Position numbers and translations under genes: made by a program | Notes under the pieces: model-generated | Told to the model about the DNA's origin: nothing | Seen by the model: only the letters and a program-made list of their open reading frames with translations | Databases searched by the model: none | Assembly: GCA_965237415.1 (NCBI GenBank) | Contig: CBDEFM010000002.1 | Coordinates: 2,624,001 to 2,688,000 of the forward strand | Direction of reading: 5' to 3' | Length of the DNA: 64,000 bases | Source of the DNA: Alphaproteobacteria bacterium | GTDB taxonomy: Bacteria > Pseudomonadota > Alphaproteobacteria > UBA828 | Part shown: in pieces, positions 59,112 to 64,000 of the stretch | Layout of the letters: each line of letters starts with the position of its first letter | Position numbering within the stretch: position 1 is the first letter of the stretch

Positions 59112-60650
59112 TTAGGCGAGATCGCCCACCGCCTTGACCCGCACCCGGCAGGCGGCGCCCGGCAGGTAGGCGAGGGGGATCTCCTCGACCTCGATGATCT
59201 CGATGCTGGCGGGCTCGGCGCCGGCATCGACCGCCTTGGCCTGCGCCTCGTCCTTGGCCTGGGCGATGGCGTTCTCCCGCCCCTCCTGCTCATAGGAGAA
59301 GACGCGGTCGACCTCGCCGCCAACCTGGGCGATGGCGGCGCCGATGGCGTTGGCGACCGCCGAATGCTCGGGAATGCTGAGGGTCGAAACGCCGGCGAGT
59401 TCGCGCTCCATCAGGATGCTGCCGCCGCCCACCAGGATCGCAGGCACCGGCTCTGCGCTCGTCTTCATACGATCGATCGCGTCCTCCACCATAACGTGGA
59501 TTTTCTCGAGCGCACGCCCCACGGCCGCGCCGTCCAGCCCGGCGACGGCCTCACGGTTGCCGATATCGGCGAGGCCCGCCGCGACGGCGATGTCGGTGGC
59601 GGTGAGCGTGCGGCCGCCGAAGACCAGCGCCTTCTCGGTGAGCTCGAAGCCGACGGAATCGGGGCCGACTGTGACCGGATCGTCGCCCCGCACCAGGCTG
59701 CCGCCGCCCAGCCCGATCGCCAGCACGTCGGGCATGCGGAAATTGGTCCGCACCCCGCCGACATCGACGGCAACCGCCGATTCCCGCGGGAAGCCCCGGG
59801 CCAGCACGCCGACATCGGTGGTGGTGCCGCCGATATCGACCACTACGGCGTTCTCCTGGTCGGAGAGGAAGGCCGCGCCCCGCATGCTGTTGGTGGGGCC
59901 GGAGGCGAAGGTCAGCACCGGATAGCGCTCGACGTAAGCCGCGCTCATCAGAGTGCCGTCGTTCTGGCTAATGAAGAAGGGGGCCTCGATTGAAAGCTCC
60001 TTCAACGCCTCGCTAAAGGAGCCCACCACCTTGGCGGAGAGCGAGACCAGGGCTGCGTTCATCACCGCCGCGTTCTCGCGCTCGATCAGCCCCACCCGGC
60101 CAATCTCGTTGGAGAGCGTGATCTGGGCATCCGGGTGTTCGGCCCGGATGATCTCGGCGGCCCGGTCCTCCTGAGCGCTGTTGAGGGGGGCGAAGACCGA
60201 GGAAATTGCGATCGATTCCAGTCCCTTGGCGGCAATGTCCCGGGCGATGCCGGCGATCTCGGCTTCGTCGAGGGGCGAGATCTCGCGCCCGTCCACCTCG
60301 TAGCCGCCCTTCGCCATGTAGACGTGGCGCCCGATGACATCTACCAGGTCGCGTGGCCAGTCGATCAGGGGGTTGAGGCTCTCGGTCGCCGGCAGCGCGA
60401 GACGAACGATGGCCACCGGCACCAGGCGCCGGCGCTCGACGATCGCGTTGGTGAACTGGGTGGTGCCGATCATTACCCCGGCGATGGCTCCGGGTGCGAT
60501 CGCCGATTGGGCCATCACGCCCTCGATCGCAGCCACCACGCCTGCGCCCACATCGGCGGTGGTCGGTGCCTTGATGGAAGCGACGACCGTCGCGCCGTCC
60601 ATCAGCACCGCATCGGTGTTGGTTCCGCCGACATCGACACCGATTCTCAT
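59112..60650 (-). CDS. hydantoinase/oxoprolinase family protein
   Basis: IGVDVGGTNTDAV, ERENAA..NA, SGPTNSMRGA, DIGGTTTDVG, VANAIGAA. Confidence 0.92.
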   Translation of the reverse strand: MRIGVDVGGTNTDAVLMDGATVVASIKAPTTADVGAGVVAAIEGVMAQSAIAPGAIAGVMIGTTQFTNAIVERRRLVPVAIVRLALPATESLNPLIDWPRDLVDVIGRHVYMAKGGYEVDGREISPLDEAEIAGIARDIAAKGLESIAISSVFAPLNSAQEDRAAEIIRAEHPDAQITLSNEIGRVGLIERENAAVMNAALVSLSAKVVGSFSEALKELSIEAPFFISQNDGTLMSAAYVERYPVLTFASGPTNSMRGAAFLSDQENAVVVDIGGTTTDVGVLARGFPRESAVAVDVGGVRTNFRMPDVLAIGLGGGSLVRGDDPVTVGPDSVGFELTEKALVFGGRTLTATDIAVAAGLADIGNREAVAGLDGAAVGRALEKIHVMVEDAIDRMKTSAEPVPAILVGGGSILMERELAGVSTLSIPEHSAVANAIGAAIAQVGGEVDRVFSYEQEGRENAIAQAKDEAQAKAVDAGAEPASIEIIEVEEIPLAYLPGAACRVRVKAVGDLA

Positions 60651-60851
60651 GCCCACGCCCTCCGAATCGTGCGGGCGCATCCTAGCCCGGAATTCTCGCC
60701 GGGGTCATGGTCTGCACGGCACTTTCCGGCCGGCATGATCCACGTCATACCGGAGGCTGCGATTGCTCGCCTAAACTGCACAATCCCGAACTGGCACGGT
60801 CCTCGGGCCTAGGTGCCAGGCAACGGGCGCTGCGGAGAAGGAGGCTTGACC

Positions 60852-61673
60852 ATGGCGTACAAGGAAATCGTCGTGCACGTGGGTCCCGACGAGCGGTCGG
60901 CGGTGCGGCTCGATGCCGCAGTCGAGCTGGCCGAACGCCACGAAGGCAAGGTGACCGGCGTCTACGTGCTGTCTCGTCTCATCGTCCCCGGTTTCGCCAG
61001 CTTCGAGCTCTCCACGGAGGTCTACAAGCGGCTGGATACCGAACAGCGTGCGCTTGCCGAAGAAGCCGAGCGGCAGTTCGCAGAGCGGATGGCGAAGTCG
61101 ACGGCGCCTTCCGAATGGCGGCTCACGACGGGCGACCCCGTCGATGCGCTCACGACGAGCGCGCACTACGCCGACATCGCCGTCGTCGGCCAGACCGACC
61201 CCGACGATGCCAACAGCCTCTCCGGGCTGGCGGACAGCGTGGTGCTGGGCGCGGGTGGCCCCGTGCTGGTCTGGCCCTACGCCGGCTCGTTCAGCGCCAA
61301 CGCGGAGACGGTTGTGCTCGCCTGGAACAGCACCCGCGAGGCGAAGCGTGCGCTCTCCGACGCGCTGCCCATCATGCAGCAGGCGAGCAGGGTTATCGTC
61401 CTCGGCATCGACACCGGCGACGGCAAGCACATAGCGGGTGCCGACGTCAGCGCATACCTGGCACGGCACGGGGTCAGCGCAGAGGCCCGGCACACGGTCA
61501 GCTCGTCGGACCTCGGCGCCAGCGACGCCCTCCTCTCGGAGATCAGCGATCTCGGGGCCGGCCTCCTCGTCATGGGCGGCTACGGCCATCACCGCATGCG
61601 GGAGGTTCTGCTGGGCGGCGTGACCCGCGACATCCTGCGCCAGATGACCGTGCCGGTCGTGATGTCGCATTAG
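60852..61673 (+). CDS. universal stress protein (tandem USP)
   Basis: YKEIVVHV, AWNSTREAKRA, LLVMGGYGH.R.RE.LLGGVTR. Confidence 0.92.
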   Translation: MAYKEIVVHVGPDERSAVRLDAAVELAERHEGKVTGVYVLSRLIVPGFASFELSTEVYKRLDTEQRALAEEAERQFAERMAKSTAPSEWRLTTGDPVDALTTSAHYADIAVVGQTDPDDANSLSGLADSVVLGAGGPVLVWPYAGSFSANAETVVLAWNSTREAKRALSDALPIMQQASRVIVLGIDTGDGKHIAGADVSAYLARHGVSAEARHTVSSSDLGASDALLSEISDLGAGLLVMGGYGHHRMREVLLGGVTRDILRQMTVPVVMSH

Positions 61674-61697
61674 CCGGGAGGCTGTGACCGAGGCGGC

Positions 61698-62600
61698 CTA
61701 GTAGTCGCGAAGCTCGGAGGCTTCGGTTGCGGCCTTCGCGCCGCCCCGCATCCGCCCGCTGGTCCAGACGCCGAGGATCGTCGCGAGATAGGGCAGCGAG
61801 AGCAGCACGTCATGCGGAATGCTCGCGCCGAAGAGAAGCTGCAGCCTGATCCCCGCGACGCCCACCAGGCTGAAGAACATCGCGGCGAAGGCGGCGCCGA
61901 TGGGGTGGGACGCGCCGAAGATGACGGCGGCGAAGCTCATGAAGCCCCGGCCCGCCGTCATGTTCTGCGCGAAGATGTGGAGGCCGCCTGCCGCAAGCTC
62001 GCCGCCGCCGATGGCGCAGAGAACACCGCCTGCCGCGAGCGCGATGAGGCGCGCGCGGGCCGGATTGGTGCCCACGCTGCGCGCTGCTAACGGATGCTCG
62101 CCTGCGGCGGCGAGCCGCAGGCCGAAGCGCGTGCGCCGCAGCAGCACCCACATGCCCCAGACGACGAAGGGCATCATCAGCACGAAGATGGAGAGTCCGC
62201 CATAGGTGCCAAAGGCATCGCCGAGCCGGGGCACGCCGAAGGGCGCGGTCACCGCGGCGAGGCTGCCGAAGAGGGCCTGCACGGCGAGCGCCGTGCCACC
62301 GATCCCAAGTCCCGTGAGGCCGAGTCCGGCGATGATCGGATTGGCGCCCAGCTTCTCGATCACGAACCAGAGCAGGACCGAGGCGGCGACGCAGAGCACG
62401 CAAGCGATCGCGATGGCAGCCGGGAACGAGCCGGTGAGCACGATGCCGAGGATCGTCGCGCAGGCGCCGATGATCATTACGCCTTCGAGGCCGAGGTGCC
62501 AGACGCCCGCGCGCTGCGCGATGACGCCTGCCATGGTGACGTAGACCAGCGGGGTGCCGGAGCGCAGGATCGCCACCATGAGCTCGTGAAACTCGGTCAT
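61698..62600 (-). CDS. ABC transporter permease (nucleoside/BMP-type)
   Basis: TPLV....G...QRAGV..LGLEG, RTRFGLRL.AAGEHP, MTAGRGF, LPYL. Confidence 0.88.
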   Translation of the reverse strand: MTEFHELMVAILRSGTPLVYVTMAGVIAQRAGVWHLGLEGVMIIGACATILGIVLTGSFPAAIAIACVLCVAASVLLWFVIEKLGANPIIAGLGLTGLGIGGTALAVQALFGSLAAVTAPFGVPRLGDAFGTYGGLSIFVLMMPFVVWGMWVLLRRTRFGLRLAAAGEHPLAARSVGTNPARARLIALAAGGVLCAIGGGELAAGGLHIFAQNMTAGRGFMSFAAVIFGASHPIGAAFAAMFFSLVGVAGIRLQLLFGASIPHDVLLSLPYLATILGVWTSGRMRGGAKAATEASELRDY

Positions 62601-63643
62601 GTGGGCAGCCTGGCTGCCCGCAGGAGGCGGTCCAACAATCCTGACTTCGCGGTGATGAACAGCGCGACGGAGGCGTTGAAGATGTCGATGGCGGCGGCCG
62701 GAAGGCCGGCCAGGATCGGCAGATAGAGCGCGGCGTACGCAAGGCCGCCAAAGAAAATGCTGACGACCGCCGTCGCGAGCACCGAGAGGTTGGCGACCAG
62801 CGCGATCAGCACAGCGGTAAAGCCATGGCCCGGCAGAAATCCGCTGGCGATGCGCCCGGTCGGGCCGAGCAACTCGATGGTGCCGGCAAGCCCGGCGAGC
62901 GCCCCTGAGATCAGGAAGCTCGAAAGACCCAGCGTCCAGAGCCGCGCGCCCTGAAACCGCACCATGGTCGGATTGCGCCCGGCGAGGCTCGCGAGCATGC
63001 CGAAGGGCGTGCGGTTGACCAGCACCCACATGGTGAGCGCGACGACGGCGGCGATACCGATGATGGCGGGCGAGATGCCCTGGGAATCGCTGATGCGGTA
63101 GAGCGCCGGCAGCATTGGGCTCGCTGCCTGCTGGCCGGTGCCGGACGGGTCCTTGAGCGGACCAGAGGTGACGTAGACCAGCACAAGGGCTGCGATGAAG
63201 TTGCCCATGAGCGTCGTGATGACCTCGTCGGTGCCCGAGCGGAGCCTGAGATAGCCCGGCCAGAGCGCCCAGAGCGCGCCGCCGGCCATGCCGGCGAGGA
63301 AGGACGCCGGTAGCACCACGGCTGCCGACGCACCGCCGAGCAGATCCGTGACGAAGGCGGCCGAGATGGCGCCGATATAGAACTGGCCCTGCGCGCCGAT
63401 GTTGAAGAAACCGCAGCGGAAGGAGATCGCGACGCCCGTTGCGGTGATGAAGAGCGGCAAGGCCCAGCGCAGGCTCTGCGCCCAGCCACCCGCGCGCAGG
63501 AAGGCGCCTTCGACGATGGCCTCGAACATTAGCAGGGCCGAGTAGCCCGCAAGCTCGAAGATGACGCCGCAGAGTGCGAGCGCGAGCACGATGAAGGCGA
63601 GTGTGCGGATCACCGCGCCCGCGCGGATGTTCATGCCGCTCAC
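62597..63643 (-). CDS. ABC transporter permease (nucleoside/BMP-type)
   Basis: FNIGAQGQFYIG, EVITTLM.N, SGALAGLAG. Confidence 0.88.
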   Translation of the reverse strand: MSGMNIRAGAVIRTLAFIVLALALCGVIFELAGYSALLMFEAIVEGAFLRAGGWAQSLRWALPLFITATGVAISFRCGFFNIGAQGQFYIGAISAAFVTDLLGGASAAVVLPASFLAGMAGGALWALWPGYLRLRSGTDEVITTLMGNFIAALVLVYVTSGPLKDPSGTGQQAASPMLPALYRISDSQGISPAIIGIAAVVALTMWVLVNRTPFGMLASLAGRNPTMVRFQGARLWTLGLSSFLISGALAGLAGTIELLGPTGRIASGFLPGHGFTAVLIALVANLSVLATAVVSIFFGGLAYAALYLPILAGLPAAAIDIFNASVALFITAKSGLLDRLLRAARLPT

Positions 63644-64000
63644 GCGGACGCCCCGGTCATGGCGCGTCCCACCGCCGCGATGTCATAGGGCGGTACGAAC
63701 TCGGCGACGATACGGCCCGAGAGCATGACCACAAGGCGGTGGCCGATGTCGAACAGCTCGTCGAGATCGGACGAGATCAGCAGCACGCCGCAGCCCTGCC
63801 CGGCCGCCTCGCGGAGCGCCGACCAGACGAAGTCCGTGGCGCCGATATCGAGCCCGCGCGCCGGCTGGGCTGCGATGATAAGGCGCGCATCCCTGTCGAT
63901 CTCGCGCGCGAGGATGATTTTTTGGGCGTTGCCGCCGGAGAGCGCGCCGGCGTTCTGGCTCGCCGACGCGTAACGCACCCCCCAGGCCTTGAGGGACTCG
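63640..64000 (-). CDS. ABC transporter ATP-binding protein, 3' part (runs off the window)
   Basis: LSGGNAQK, QPARGLDIGA, LISSDLDE. Confidence 0.88.
   Translation of the reverse strand, partial: ESLKAWGVRYASASQNAGALSGGNAQKIILAREIDRDARLIIAAQPARGLDIGATDFVWSALREAAGQGCGVLLISSDLDELFDIGHRLVVMLSGRIVAEFVPPYDIAAVGRAMTGASA

Noticed and set aside
1-64000. tRNA, rRNA, integrase, transposase or prophage genes
   Set aside because: None recognised by eye; a tRNAscan/Rfam/ISEScan run would be needed to exclude small or divergent ones

Overview
This is a GC-rich alphaproteobacterial chromosome segment that looks Rhodospirillales-like. It spans the probable replication origin, in the hemE / ppsR(DUF299)-maf-aroE-coaE-dnaQ neighbourhood, and includes rho, dcd, hemJ/hemH and mnmE-mnmG-rsmG-parA-parB, with a perfect parS palindrome inside rsmG. 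Other core genes are the thiS-thiG fusion, aroQ-accB-accC-aat, mlaD, fused trpE(G), qor, ogt and yyaL. Accessory DNA: (i) two visibly lower-GC three-gene islets that look like uncharacterised tripartite toxin/defence modules, a TIGR04255-like gene + unknown + ART/RES-like candidate next to an orphan N4-C methyltransferase, and a RelE/HigB-like toxin + HTH antitoxin with a C-terminal tail + DUF6941-like protein; (ii) a decayed type I PKS/FAS gene with two in-frame stops and an in-frame deletion; (iii) a lipoprotein gene split by a frameshift in an A5 run; (iv) a ~270 bp non-coding element present twice in inverted orientation, ~29 kb apart, each with helically phased ATCCC repeats; (v) a right-hand catabolic region with a ferric-reductase/Rieske + Cys-rich + Rieske/glutamate-synthase-FMN operon, tandem BHMT-like methyltransferases, a desaturase-family gene, ABC transporters and hydantoinase/DUF917. 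I saw no rRNA, tRNA, CRISPR array, integrase or transposase. All family assignments are by motif recognition, not database search.
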